Source: Octopus vulgaris
Taxonomy: Eukaryota
NCBI GenBank assembly: GCA_951406725.2
Contig: OX597839.1
Location: forward strand, 35,464,001 to 35,528,000
Length of the DNA stretch: 64,000 nt
Direction of reading: 5' to 3'
Under the pieces are notes generated by a model. The model did not search any database. It saw nothing but the letters and a program-made list of their open reading frames with translations, and was not told where the DNA came from. Positions 39,262 to 54,214 of the stretch are shown here, piece after piece. Numbering within the stretch: position 1 is the stretch's first letter; each line of letters starts with the position of its first letter. A program made the position numbers and the translations under genes.

Positions 39262-39900
39262 TTACAAAGTCAGAAAACAGCACAGCTCCTTCCATGACTT
39301 TCGGAAACATTTTTTTTCACGCTCAGAGTTGCTGAAGCATGCAACAAACTGCCGGCATCAGTTGTTAGTTGTCGGAGCACTGCATCCTTCAAAACTTCCA
39401 TGCTTCCTGAGATTCACCAACACTACACCTACCATACTCTGAGCGCCTTGTTTCCCTGGGCATGGATTCACTGAAGCTCCGACATCTGGCGATGGACTTG
39501 GTAAACATCCACAAAGTTATCAACCACCTCACCAACAACAACACTGAACACCTTTTTGATCTCCATGTGTCCAACACACATGGACATGCCTACAAAGTCA
39601 GAAAACAGCACAGCTCCTTCCATGACTTTCGGAAACATTTTTTCACGCTCAGAGTTGGAACAAACTGCCTGCGTCAGTTGTTGACTGCCATGACACTGCA
39701 TCCTTTAAGGCCCTCATGCTTTCCGAAATCCGCCGAAACAACACCTGATTGTCACCCCTTCCATACTCATACACATATGTGTATGTCATGACTCATGCAC
39801 TGTTCTTTTCCTGACGCTTGTACATTACCCTATGTACTATACATACACTTTAGATGAGTTGTAGTGCACCTGAGCACTGTACACAATGTTTTATTATTAT
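39262..39900 (+). mobile_element. CR1-clade LINE 3' fragments (two joined copies)
   Basis: PYSERLVSLGMDSLKLRHLA...THGHAYKVRKQHS...RKHFFTLRV. Minus copy at ~63520-63895. Confidence 0.75.
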
Positions 39901-40147
39901 TATTAAATGATGGGGGCACGAAATATCTCAGAGGAAAAAAAAATGGACACGAGAGAAATTAGTTATAGTGGGAAAGACATATGTAGGCACAGACATGGAT
40001 GTGTGGTAAGAAACTTGCTTCCCAACCACATGGTTCCAGGTTCAGTCCCACTGTGTGGCAACTTCGGTAAATGTCTTCTGCTATAGCCCCGGGCCGACCA
40101 AAGCCTTGTGAGTGGATTTGGTAGACGGAAACTGAAGAAAGCCTGTC

Positions 40148-40184
<37 letters not shown>

Positions 40185-40207
40185 GGAGAGAGAGAGGAGG
40201 GAAAGAG

Positions 40208-40238
<31 letters not shown>

Positions 40239-41009
40239 CGGAGAGAGAGAGGGGGAGAGAGTGTGTGTGTGTGAGAGAGAGAGACGGAGAGAGAGAGAGA
40301 GAGTGTGTGTGTGTGAGTGTGTGAGTGTGTGTGTGTGTGTGTGTGAGTGTGTGTGTTTGTACCCCATCACCACTTTACAACCAGTCTTGGTGTTTACGTC
40401 TCTGTAACTTAGCAGTTCGGCAAAAGAGACCGACAGAATAAGTACCAGTTTTATTCCAAGATATCTTGCCAGTTCCTAACCTAGATCCAAGACCTCTTCA
40501 TTGGAATTTCAACATCAACATGTGTACATCTGCAGCATCTGGTGTCAGCATCTGGAGTCAGCGTATGCGCATATTTGTAGGTTTTTATGTATGTAGTCTC
40601 ATTCCTTTTATTCTTTCACTTATTTCAGTCATTTGACGGTGGCCATGCTGGAGCACTGCCTTTAGTCGAGCAAATCGACCCCAGGACTTATTTTTTGTAA
40701 GCCTAGTACTTATTCTATCAGTCTCTTTATGAGGACGTAAACACACCAGCATCGGTTGTCATGCGATGTTGGGGGGACAAACACAAACACACACACATAC
40801 ACATATATATATTTATAAACATATATACGACAGGCTTCTTTCAGTTTCCGTCTACCAAATTCACTCATAAGGCTTTGGTCGGCCCAAGTAGAAGACACTT
40901 GCCCAAGGTGCCACGCATTGGGACTGAACCCGGAACCATGTGGTTGGTAAGCAAGCTACTTACCACACAGCCACTCCTACGCCTATGCATATAGTTGTAC
41001 ATATTTATA

Positions 41010-41269
41010 TTTAAATGATAAACTTCTGGAATGTTTTACAGATTTTTACAGTTCCAGTGATGGTTTGGATCTGTAGTCTTCAAAACAGCTTTCTCGTTTC
41101 TGGTTTTTAGAAGCCTAATTTCTCAAGATTGGCATTTAGGCAATGTGTTACATATCCCAGTGCCCCAATAATTACAGGTATAAACCTGAACTCGTAATCT
41201 GGGTAGAGTAACTGCAGATTTCTCATTAGTTCGGCATAGAGGTTTCCTTTTTCACCGATCTTTAGCTGT

Positions 41270-41270
<1 letters not shown>
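41010..41270 (-). mobile_element. RLE-type non-LTR retrotransposon 3' fragment
   Basis: EKGNLYAELMRNLQLLYPDYEFRFIPVIIGALG motif; the 5' end abuts (CA)n. Confidence 0.65.
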
Positions 41271-41307
<37 letters not shown>

Positions 41308-41311
41308 CGCA

Positions 41312-41371
<60 letters not shown>

Positions 41372-41709
41372 TGTAACGCTTGTGGTAAGAAAAGAAAAAC
41401 CTGGCAGATATTCTGCATCAGGGATTAAATATGTTTACATACATCTCTGTCAGAGATTGAAATTGAAGAGAAGGTAGCAACCCAGGGTGGCATATAAGGA
41501 GGTATGTGTGTGTGTGTGTGTGAATGTAATACGTCTGCATATACGTGAGGGGGGGAGGGAGGGGAAGTACAGTGGATATGCAACATTATGTAATATACAT
41601 GTACGTGCGCGTATCTGTGTGTGTGTGTGTATTGCCTAGTCATAATATTTGGCATGAAACCATTGGTATCATTCCGACTAAGTATATGCCATAACCAGTA
41701 ATATACACA

Positions 41710-41757
<48 letters not shown>

Positions 41758-42140
41758 ATATTGAGCTGAGGTGTCGTCTCAATTGGTGAAGTTGCTAAAT
41801 AGTGCTAAAAGAGACAAAAGGATCTTTTCTACCCATGACCTATTGTCAAATGCTAGTGGTGGCGGTGGTGGTGGTGGTGGTAGTGGCGGTAGTAGTCTTA
41901 GTGGTGATGGTGATGGCGGTGGCGGCAGTTTTAAGCAATTGCATTAACTGTAGGTTATATAGCAGTAGTAGTCGTGGTGGTGGTGTCTAAAGTAGCAAAG
42001 AGAGAGAGAGGAGGGGAGGAGAGGAAGAGCCCAAAATGTAGGTTATATAAATAAGGATGGATAGCATTAAGAGGGCAGCTGCAGAATAGTTTTTGTTTAG
42101 CTCACAGCATCAAGTGTACACATGGCTGGCATGTGTGCGT

Positions 42141-42171
<31 letters not shown>

Positions 42172-42181
42172 TATATATATA

Positions 42182-42233
<52 letters not shown>

Positions 42234-42333
42234 GTTAATCCAAACAAGAAAACACAAAAAATACAAAAAAACACAACAACGCAAGGACGTGGAACAAATA
42301 AAGTATTATTGGACGCTCAGGAAAGAAGGGAAG

Positions 42334-42388
<55 letters not shown>

Positions 42389-42392
42389 AATA

Positions 42393-42958
42393 TTGGGTTG
42401 TCTAGAAAGTTTGTGCCGATTTTTAAAGGAAAGAAAAAGGTCAATAAATACTCGCCATTACATTTTTAATCAACCAAATATGAACCATTTTGTTGCACAA
42501 TGCGTCTCCATCTTTCCTTTAACTTGAAAATACCCTCTTCCCAGAATTGAGGTGGTTTCATGGCAAAGAATTCATCAAGGTATCTTTTTATGTCATCCAA
42601 GGAATTGAAATTTTTACCATTAAGACTATTCTGCAGAGATTTGAGTAAGTGGAAATCCGAAGGAGCAATATCTGGTGAATATGGAGGGTGGGGTAACACA
42701 TCCCAGCCGAGCTGCAGCAATTTTTGTCTGGTTCCCAAAGCATCAAGTACCAAAAATGAACTTTCTTATCTTCCATTTTAAAGGGTTACAGAATTAACAT
42801 AGGTTATAGGAACATAAACCTTCTTCCACGAAAAGATAGCTTAAACTGTGCTCTAAATGGAGGTGTAGTCAAATTCTATTTTATGGACTCAACCATGTTC
42901 TAAAATAAGTCGAAAAGTAAGCTACTGTAAATCGGCACGAACTTTCCGGACAACCCAA
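42393..42958 (-). mobile_element. Internally deleted mariner transposon
   Basis: ~30-bp TIRs (ttgggttgtc...gccgattt / aaatcggcac...gacaacccaa) with TA TSD. N-terminal MEDKKVHFWYLMLWE is joined out of frame to C-terminal LGWDVLPHPPYSPDIAPSDFHL. Confidence 0.9.
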
Positions 42959-43462
42959 TATATATTTTTTTATTGCCCACAAGGGGCTAAACATAGAGGG
43001 GGCAAACAAGGACAGACAAAGGGATTAGTAAATTACATCGACCCCAGTGCAAAACTGGTACTTTATTTATCAACCCCGAAAGGATGAAAGGCAAAGTCGA
43101 CCTCGGCGGAATTTGAACTCAGAACGTAACGGCAGACGAAATACTGCTAAGTGTTTCGCCTGGTGCGCTAACATGTCTGCCAGCTCGCCGCCTTGGACAA
43201 CCCAATATATATATATCTGTATGTGTACAGAGGTGTATCTATGTGCATAAATGTAAACCATCTTCTCACACACATGTTAAACAGCTCTCTTTTTGCTACA
43301 TGACATATAAGTTGTGTAAGTCAATCAATAAGTAAAAAAAAGTGTGTGATTTGTAGATCCAGGCCCCTGGATATATCGGCCATTGTTCAGGTTGGTTGAG
43401 AATTACAAAAGACATCGTTTATGACCCCAATCTGCCAGAGTTTGTCCCTAGTTTTATGATAC

Positions 43463-43704
43463 TCTTGTTTTACTTGCCTTTACTCTCTTTTACTTGTTTC
43501 AGTCATTTGACTGAGGCCATGCTGGAGCACCGCCTTTAGTCGAGCCTTTAATCGACCCCAGGACTTATTCTTTGTAAGCCTAGTACTTATCTATCGGTCT
43601 CTTTTTGCCAAACCGCTAAGTTACAGGGACGTAAACACACCACCATCAGTTGTCAAGCGATAGTGGTGGGACAAACACAGACACAGAAACATATACACAC
43701 ATAT

Positions 43705-43756
<52 letters not shown>

Positions 43757-43878
43757 GATGGGCTTCTTTCAGTTTCCGTCTACCAAATCCACTCACAAGG
43801 CTTAGGTCGGCCCAAGGTTATAATAGAAGAACCTGGAACCATGTGGTTGGTAAGCAAGCTACTTACCACGCAGCCACT

Positions 43879-43940
<62 letters not shown>

Positions 43941-44073
43941 CAGTTTCTGTTTCTACCAAATCCACTCACAAGGCTTTGGTTGGCCTGAGGCTCTAGTAGA
44001 AGACACTTGCCCAAGGTGCCACTGAACCCGGAACCATGTGGTTCGTAAGCAAGCTACTTACCACGCAGCCACT

Positions 44074-44126
<53 letters not shown>

Positions 44127-44289
44127 GACAGGCTTCTTTCAGTTTCCGTCTACCAAATCCACTCACAAGGCTTTGATCGGCCCGAGGCTATAGCAGAAGA
44201 AACTTGTCCAAGGTGCCACGCAGTAGGACTGAACCCGGAACCATGTGGTTGGTAAGCAAGCTACCTCCCACACAGCCACTCCTACGCCT
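43463..44289 (-). mobile_element. SINE family A with triplicated head
   Basis: Three head/core segments separated by (TA)n tracts, with one tail. Confidence 0.8.
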
Positions 44290-44689
44290 CATAAACATTC
44301 TCTAATCATCAACCTAATATGTTCGCTTTTGGCTTTAGTTGTTTTTCCTGTTTTTTTGTTTCCATTCTACATTTGCCTCTGTGCAATGATTTGTTTTTTC
44401 TTCCCCCTGACTTATGAATTAAATTTAACCGGATGTCACGATCACAAAGGAGTGGAAATCTTTTATTCATTACACTTAGTAATTAACATTAGCAGGTTTT
44501 AATCTAGGTAAGCATCACCTACTTTGCCTACCCCAGAGGGCATGTCCCTACCCGTGAGTGAATGTTTTGTTTTGATAAAGGTGGTCAGATGTGTGTTTTT
44601 AAAAGTGCACAAACTGCAAACATAGGATGGGATTCATGAAATAATGGGTGTGTTGTGTCGTATCTGTGTATGCATGCAAGCATGTGCAC

Positions 44690-44783
<94 letters not shown>

Positions 44784-46010
44784 AATGTTCTATATGTAGG
44801 GTTATGTGTGTCTTTAGGCTTCTGTGTATGCTATAGTGTATGTATGCATGTGTGTACAGTAGTGTGTGTGTAGTAGTATGTGTGTGTAGTAGTGTGTGTG
44901 GATGTAAGTAATGGAGTGTGTGTGCATGTGTGTGTGTGCATGTGAGTGTGTGCATGTGTGTGTGTGCATGTGTGTGTGTGTGCATGTGTGTGTGTGCACT
45001 GTTCTATATGTAGGGTTATGTGTGTCTTTAGGCTTCTGTGTATGCTATAGTGTATGTATGTGTGTGCGTATGGTAATGTGTGTGTATGTGTACAGTAGTG
45101 TATGTGTAGTAGTATGTGTGTGTAGTAGTGTGTGTGGATGCGCATGTGCATGCACTGTAGTGTATGTAAGTAATGGAGTGTGTGTGCATGTGTGTGTGTA
45201 TGTGCATATGTGTGTGTGTGTGTATGTGCATGTTTATGTGCGTGTGTGTGTGTGTGAGCGCATGCTGTCATATATGTAGGTTAATTGTAAGAGGGAAAAT
45301 GGTGAAGAGAAATGAATCTGGCCATTGAGTAAGTTTGATAAAGAGTGAGAGAGAGGGAGAGAAAGGGAGAGGAAAAGAGAGAGAGAGAGAGAAAGGGAGA
45401 GGAAAAGAGAGAGAGAAAGAGAGAGAGGAGGGGAAAGTAAAGAAGAAATGAATGTAGACAACAGAAACAGACAGAGCAATAGAAAGAACAAGAGAGAGAG
45501 GGGGAAGAGAGAGTGAGAGAGAAAAGAGAAAGAGAGAGAAAAACAAGAAACAAGGACACCAACACACAGACATACATAGGAAACCAAATGTGGGGGGAAG
45601 ACCAAAATGTTAAGATATGGGGAGAGAGAGAAAGCGAGAGAGAGAGAGAGAGAGAGAGAAGATGAAAAGTGGGATAGCAACACCAGCACCACCACCACAA
45701 CAACAACAACAACAAGCACATTAGCAGCAAGAGCACAAGAAACCAGTATTTAAACAGTTTTGTAAATGGGACTTTATTAACAAAGCCATTTTCTTTTTTT
45801 AATTTCGACAACCCCCCCCCCCCACATCGCATCCACCACCGACCCCCCCCCACCACCACACCACCCCAACAAACCTTTCTCTATCCCATACACCGTGCAC
45901 CACCACCACCACCACCACCGGTCTAACATACTTATTTTTTGTACACAAACACTTCGCCCCTCCCCTCTAATCTAAAGCAGATGCAACATTGGGAAAGAAA
46001 GAAAGAAAGA

Positions 46011-46057
<47 letters not shown>

Positions 46058-46295
46058 CTGATGAGAAAAAGCTGGTTAAACCTCCTTTTTATATAAAGGA
46101 AATCATTGTTTTATTGTATAAATTTAAAGAAACTCATGACTTCATTATTATTATTATTATTATTGTTGTTGTTATTATGGCAGAGAACTGGTAGAACTGT
46201 TAGCAACACAGGACAAATTGCTAAGTAGCATTGTGTCCATCTTTACGTTCTGATTTCAAATTCCACCAAGGTGGACTTCGCCTTATATGAATAAA

Positions 46296-47246
46296 TTAAG
46301 TTAAGTTAATTTTTTGGCTCAAAAAGCAAAAAGCAAGGCCATGTAGAGGGACATGGAGTTATGTACAGGAACGGTGTTCATGCAAAGAGTTCAGGCCATT
46401 TCTGGTCAAGAGAGACTTTGAACTGAGCGGTCGTCGGCATCTTCACTATCTCGTCCGGCAGCTTATTCCACGGATCTGCAACCCGGACGGAGAAAGCCCC
46501 TCTCCTTTGATTGAGATGAAATCGTCGCAGATAGAGCTTTTCGGAGTGACCCCACAGCCAACGCTCTTAAGTCGAACCATCATGTTAAGTTAAGTTAATT
46601 TTTTGGCTCAAACAGCAAAAAGCAAGGCCATGTAGGGGGGACATGGAGTTATGTACAGGGAGGGTGTTCATGCAAAGAGTTCAGGCCTTTTCTGGTCAAG
46701 GGAGACTTTGAACCGAGCGGTCGTCGGCATCTTCACAATCCCATCCGGCAGCTTATTCCACGGATCCGCAACCCGGACGGAGAAAGCCCCTCTCCTTCGA
46801 TTGAGATGAAATCGTCGCAGATAGAAGCTTTTCGGAGTGACCCCGCAGCCAGCTCTTAAGTCGAACCATCATGTTAAGTTAAGTTAATTTTTTGGCTCAA
46901 AAAGCAAAAAGCAAGGCCATGTAGGGGGACGTGTAGTTATGTACAGGGAGGGTGTTCATGCAAAGAGTTCAGGCCTTTTCTTCAAGGGAGAGGTTATCTT
47001 CACAATCTCATCCGGCAGCTTATTCCACGGATCCGCAACCCGGACGGAGAAAGCCCCTCTGATTGAGATGAAGTCGTTGCAGATAGAGCTTTCGGAAAGC
47101 AGCGGACGCTCTGGAGCAGGAGTGAAGAACAGCTCTTTCGAGAGGTTACACTTTCCGCTTATGATGTTGTGAGCAAGAATGAGATCACCACGGCGGGCGT
47201 TTCTCTAGAGAATAAAGGTCGAGCGTCTTCAGCCTTTCTTCATAAG
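46296..47246 (-). mobile_element. CR1-clade LINE with three tandem 3' ends, nested in a SINE B
   Basis: ~289-bp units encode GHSEKLYLRRFHLNRRRGAFSVRVADPWNKLP, each with a (TTAAC)n tail. The longest unit extends to YEERLKTLDLYSLEKR. Confidence 0.8.
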
Positions 47247-47338
47247 TCCCAGTGAAACACCGGGGTCAATGTAATCGACTGGTCCCTTCCCCAAAATTGC
47301 CGGCCTTGTGTCAAAAGTTGAAATAGTCATCAGCACCA

Positions 47339-47370
<32 letters not shown>

Positions 47371-48753
47371 TGTTGGTTCATGCCAGGCGCAGGAGTGGCT
47401 GTGTGGTAAGTAGCTTGTTACCAGCCACATGGTTCCGGGTTCAGTCCCACTGTGTAGCACCTTGGGCAAGTGTCTTCTACTATAGCTTCGGGCCGACCAA
47501 TGCCTTGTGAGTGGATTTGGTAGACGGAAACTGAAAGAAGCCCATCGTATATATATATATATATATATATATGTTTGTGTGTCTGTGTTTGTCCCCCTAG
47601 CATTGCTTGACAACCGATGGTGGTGTGTTTATGTCCCCGTCACTTAGCGGTTCGGAAAAAGAGACCGATAGAATAAGTACTGGGCTTACAAAAGAATAAG
47701 TCCCGGGGTCGATTTTCTCGATTAAAGGCGGTGCTCCAGCATGGCCACAGTCAAATGACTGAAACAAGTAAAAGAGTAAAGAGTACAAACATACATAAAA
47801 CAGTTGAATGATCTTTGAGGAAAATTCGACTACTATTTCTGACTGACATGTTGATATATCATATGGAGTCAGCCGTCAAGGCTGTGATTCGAAGGAGAAT
47901 TAGCTGCTATTTCCGTTTGGTGTAACTGCAATGTTGCTCTCATAATTTTATTGATTTCATTGTTTTTGTTTGTTTTTGTTGTTATTTGCCCCCCCCCCCC
48001 AATCACCGCCACCACCACCCAAGACAGTCCTGATCTAATCGACCTATGGTTAAACACCTTTCTGTCCTCAACGTCCCTTTTTTATTCATACATGAGACAC
48101 TGTGTTGTTTTGGCCAGCACACACATACACACCACCACCACCACCACCACCACCAATACCTATTTCTTTCCTGCCCACAAGGGGCTAAACACAGAGGGGA
48201 CAAACAAGGATGGACAAACAAGGACAGACAAACGGATTAAGTTGATTATATCGACCCCAGTGCGTAACTGGTACTTATTTAATCGACCCCGAAAGGATGA
48301 AAGGCAAACTTGACCTCGGCGGAATTTGAACTCAGAACGTAACGACAGACGAAATACCGCAAAGCATTTCACCCGACATGCTAATGATTCTGCCAGCTCG
48401 TCGCCTTCAGGATGGAATATACACACTAGAGAAACCAGGGAAACCCCCACCACCACAGCTTTCCTCTTAACATCTACTTTTCCATGGTTGCATGGGTCCA
48501 GACGAAAGCACATTGGGGAGGGGGGTGGGGGCAAAGCTTTCCTGTCTCCAGATGTCCTTCCTGGCCCCTGATGCAAGCAGCTCCGCCTGTTTCTCCAAAG
48601 AAGGAAATAAACTCTCGCTCCACCCAGTCGAACAACAAACAACCCAGATACCATTTCATGGCGAATTGCAAACAAACACCAGCATCAGGAAATCATTGGT
48701 CACAAATCAGTGAATACAAAGGAAATACCAACTCACTTGTACACACACGCACG

Positions 48754-48790
<37 letters not shown>

Positions 48791-49043
48791 ACCTGCTTTC
48801 TTTACTAAATCCCCTCACAAGGCTTTGGTGGGCTCAGGGTCGTAGTAGAAAACACTTGCCCAAAGAGCCACACAGTCAGACTGAATGCAAAGCTGTGTCC
48901 CACTGTGTGGCCCCAGGGGCCAATGTTTTCTACTGTACATGCATACGTATATATATACATACATCTGACAATAAGGGGTGACGTGAGTGAGACTTGGGTG
49001 TTATGTCTGTCAGATCAAGATGACCATGTGCATGCTGTTCCTG

Positions 49044-49079
<36 letters not shown>

Positions 49080-50852
49080 CATCATCATTTAACATCCATT
49101 GTCCATGCTGGCATAGGTTGGATGCATTGACTGGGATAGGCACTCTGGAAGGCTGCACCAGACTCCCATCTAATTTGGTATGGTTTTCTACAGCTGGATG
49201 CCCTTCCTAATACCAGCCACTCTGCGAGTGTAATGGGTGCTTTTATGTGCCACCGGCATGGGTGCCAATTTGCGAAACACCAGTATCTGCCATGACTGCA
49301 GTTTTGCTCAGTTTGATGGGTCTTCTTCTCAAGCACAACATAATGCCAAAGGTCTTGGTCATTGCCTCTGTGAGGCCCAACACTTGAGAGGAACTCGTGA
49401 GAGCACGAGAGTGTGTGTGTGTGTGTGTTATCATCATCATTTAATGTCTGTTGTCCATGCAGGCATGGGTTGGACAGTTTGAGCAGAGCTGGCAAACTGT
49501 GGAGCTGCACCAGACTCCAGTCTGATTCGGCATGGTTTATACGGTTGGATGCCCTTCCTAATGCCAACCACTTTTACAGAGTGTGATGGGCGCTTTTCTA
49601 TGGCACCACATGAGCGCTTTTATGCAGATCCACACAGGCACTTTTACGCAAAACCACACAGGCGTTTTTACACTACCTAGGTGAGCAAGCCAACATTGTC
49701 CTTGATTGGAAGCCTATTCCATGGCAGGATTACTCATTTACTGCTGGGTTGACTGGTGCAACGTAAAATGAGGCCGTTTTGCTCAAGAACATAATTCACT
49801 TCCAGGAATCAAACTTGCAATAGCCAGATTGTGAGTGCAACATCCATGTGCCTCATATAGTTGGGAGTGGGGCAACTACGTATATCATCATCATCATCGT
49901 TTAACGTCTGTTTTCCATGCTAGCATGGGTTGGACGATTTGACTGAGGACTGGCGAACCAGATGGCTGCGCCAGGCTCCAATCTGATCTGGCAAAGTTTC
50001 TACAGCTGGATGCCCTTCCTAATGCCAACCACTCTGAGAGTGTGGTGGGTGCTTTTACGTGCCACCAGCACCTATATATCTATATATATGGGAGGGTTAT
50101 TGTTTACTTGCTTTGACATCATATAATGATTGTAAACAAGCCTTCACAAATTCCACCTGACCCATGAGAGCAGAGAAAAGTGGACGTTAAACCATGATGA
50201 TGATGATGATGTTGATGACTAGTGGTAGAGTTTGATGAGGGCAGCAGAAAAACTAGAGTTCACATTATTTATGTTATCAAGGTGGCAAGTTGGCAGAATC
50301 GTTAGCACGCCAGACAAAATGCTCAGCAGCATTTCATTAGCTTTTGTGTTCTGAGTTCAAATTCTGCCAAGGTCGACTTTGCCTTTCATCCTTTCGGAGT
50401 CGATAAATTAAGTACCAGTTACGCACTGGGGACGATGTAATCAACTAGTCCCCCTTCCCCAAGAATTTCAGGCCTTGTGCCTATAACAGAAAAGATTATT
50501 AGGCAGTTATTAAGGCAGAATTCTTAGGACCCCAGACAAATTGCATGGTGGCATTTCGTCTGCCTTTGTATTCTGAGGTCAACGATGCTTTGCATCCTTT
50601 CAGAGTTGATAAATAAGTACCAGTTGAGAACCGGAGGTCGATGTAATCAACTTACCCCTCCCCAGAAATTGCTGGCCTTGTGCCAAAATTTCAAACTTTA
50701 TTTATATTAGAGTGACACTGGGTTTGATTCTGTCAGGCCATAACGATAGATATCTGTTAGAGTTGCTAAGTATATTTTGGTGAATATAAGGGACTATTTA
50801 GTAGAGGTAGTGTTTTCAATTATAGTTTTTTGTGTATACATATATACATGGC

Positions 50853-50895
<43 letters not shown>

Positions 50896-51594
50896 ATATA
50901 TATGTGTGTGTGTGTGCATATATATATATATGTATATTCATATATATATATTCATACATACACATATATATATAGTTGTACATGTGTATGTGTGTATGTG
51001 TGCATGCGATTATAAGAGATTCTTTATCTAAAAAACAGTGTGCCCAATTATAGTTGTATATCTAGCAACCTATATATATATACATACTTATATATATTCT
51101 TGTATATGTATAAACACACACACAGTTGTGTACAAGGGATTCTTTATTTGGGAAACAGTGTTTTTTAAGTCAATCGTCGTCGTCGTTGTTGATAATTCTG
51201 TATTTAGATTCTCAGAAGTTTAAACACCTCGTCTCTTCTCAAAGAGATTTCATTGTTGCCGTTTTGCCCCGAGTTAATCCTGATCAACCAAAGTTATAAT
51301 TAAAAGGGCTTCTAGCTGCGATCATTTTATTTTTTTGCTTCCTTCTATCAAATGACTACTTCCATTGTCTCCTATGCCCTGCAGCTTTCAGACCAGGAGA
51401 CTTTGATTGGTGGGTTCAACTCAAGAAGGGGGTTCACAATGACCGCTTTATCTTAAGTGTGTTGTTATTCATTTTTCAGACTGCAGCCATTATCACCATC
51501 ACTCCCCTCCATCTCTCTCTCTCTCTCTCTCTCTCTGGAATAGTGGAATACAGAGAGACAGAAAATGAGAGATACATGTGAAGAGATAGACATG

Positions 51595-52188
51595 TTAGTT
51601 AGTTAGTTAGTTAGTTAATTTTTTAGCTCAAAAAGCAAAAAGCAAGGCCATGTAGGGGGACATGGAGTTATGTACAGGGAGGGTGTTCATGCAAAGAGTT
51701 CAGGCCACTTGAGGTCAAGGGAGACTTTGAACCGAGCGGTCGTCGGCATCTTCACTATCTCGTCCGGCAGCTTATTCCACAGATCCGCAACCCGGACGGA
51801 GAAAGCCGCTCTCCTTCGATTGAGATGAAATTGTCGCAGATAGAGCTTTTCGGAGTGACCCCGCAGCCAACACTTTTAAGTCGAACCATCATGTTAAGTT
51901 AAGTTAATATTTTAGCTCAAAAACCAAAAAGCAAGGCCATGTAGGGGGACATGGAGTTATGTACAGGGAGGGTGTTCATGTAAAGAGTTCAGGCCATTTG
52001 TGGTCAAGGGAGACTTTGAACCGAGCGGTTCGTCGGCATCTTCACTATCTCGTCCGGCAGCTTATTCCACGGATCCGCAACCCGGACAGAGAAAGCCCCT
52101 CTCCTTCAATTGAGATGAAATCGTCGCAGATAGAGCTTTTCGGAGTGACCCCGCAGCTCTTTCGAGAGGTTACACTTTCCGCTTATGA
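51595..52188 (-). mobile_element. Same CR1 family, two tandem 3' ends
   Basis: Same unit and same inter-unit linker (ttaagtcgaaccatcatg) as at 46.3-47.2 kb. Confidence 0.8.
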
Positions 52189-53391
52189 TATGAATAGATA
52201 CAGAGAGTAAATAAATTTTAAGATGGAAACAAGTGGAGGAAGAAAAGCAGACTTTTATGTCAGACAAATACAGTTTCAAAGCATGTATTTTACGACTACC
52301 TCTACCACTTATTCTCAAACTTTATGCATTTCTACATTTGCCATTTCCTACGAACACAATGCTTGGTGGTATTTCGTCCGCCTATGTGTTCTGAGGTCAA
52401 CGATGCTTTGCATCCTCTCAGAGTTGATAAATAAGTACCAGTTGAGAACCGGGGAGTCAAGAAGGGATTCACAATGACCGCTTTATCTTCGTGTGTTATG
52501 ATTCATTTTTCAAACTGCAACCATTATCAACATTGAGAACAGAACAGAAGAGGATCGCAAGGACACAGTGAGAATGTGAACTGTGCAAGTCCAGAGCCGA
52601 CTCCTTGCCTGCAGTCCCAGCAAACCACCAGTGCCCGACCTGTGACAGAGCCTGCCAAGCCTGTATAGGACTGAATGGCCACAGCTGGACACACCCGCCA
52701 TGCCCCCATCTTCTTCTCCCATCTGATGTCTTTGGTCATTGACCAGAATGACAGACTAACTAATAATAATAATAATAATAAAATATAACAACAAAAGAAT
52801 GAGACCTCGAAATTAGATAAATAGAGGAATATTCATATATGTTGTAATTTAGAACAAACAGCAAAAGGTTATCATTATAGTACTCGGAGTTTCGAATGTC
52901 AGAGCAATGAGCTACAATGCATACTCGTAGGCTGTTAATGTGTGTGTATATATATATATCTATATTTATCTTAGAAGGTTTGGAGATGATGTACAGGTAT
53001 TTTATATTAGAAGAAATGAGGTACTCAGAAATTCGGATGGTTTTATATTTACAGATATTTATTTGTATATTATTATATGTTTTTATACATCATATAACTT
53101 ATATCATATATTATATATTAGCGCTTTTGTCCATTCTGGTGGATTTTTCAAATTGCGTCCATTCTGGTGGATTTTTCAAATGGAACTATATATATATATA
53201 TAGTTAATCCAAACAAGAAAGCACAAAAAAACACAACGCGAGGACGTGGAACAAATATAGTATTATTGGACGCTCAGGAAAGAAGGAAAGAAGGAGGGTT
53301 TAACGTTTCGAGCGGAGCTCTTCGTCGGAAACATAAGAGAAGGAAAGATCCAGAGAAGGGAAGACAGAGGAAAAAAAATTGCCAACGGTAC

Positions 53392-53422
<31 letters not shown>

Positions 53423-54170
53423 GATATATTAGGAAGTTAGAAGTTATGGTCAGTCATAGAGCGACCATTGGTTTTGCACTTATCAACTGCTTAGCATTAT
53501 AGGTGACTCATCAAACACCAACGGCTATACTGCTAAGTGCTTTCTATATGTGAAACCAATGGTCGTTCTATGACCAGCTGAGATTAACCAAGGGGTGCCG
53601 CAAAATATACACACGTATGTGGTATCATGATTCATCATTTGGACTCAAAAATACATTTGGATACTATTTTAACAATAAATATTATTGCCATCTGATATTT
53701 CGTGCTGTTGTCTATTTTACGTTGATTATATCAACATTGGGGAAATAAAGAAAAATTTTTATTATCAATTCCAGGACACAGTTTCCTGACACAGATGTTA
53801 TTACCCGGGGACAATATTTTTTAATAGGGGTACCATGGATTTCTGAAAGGCTTGGGGCCGTTCGGAGTGGTCTTCTTTTACAGATACATGAACTACTGAT
53901 AATATATATACACACACACATACATACAGACATCACTAAGGTGACTGAGGGTAATATTTAGCACCAGCATTGCTAGAAATAGGAGTCATGACAACTCATA
54001 TCCATGAGGAAGCACTTATCTTATGACTGATCAGGGCTTTCTGGTGGCTAGGAGTTGTTATGACTCGTATTTCTACTGATGGCTAAACTTCTGCCTTTCA
54101 GTTGTAAATTGCAAATAAACCACCTTTATTATATATATATATACATACATCATATATACATACACGTGTG

Positions 54171-54214
<44 letters not shown>

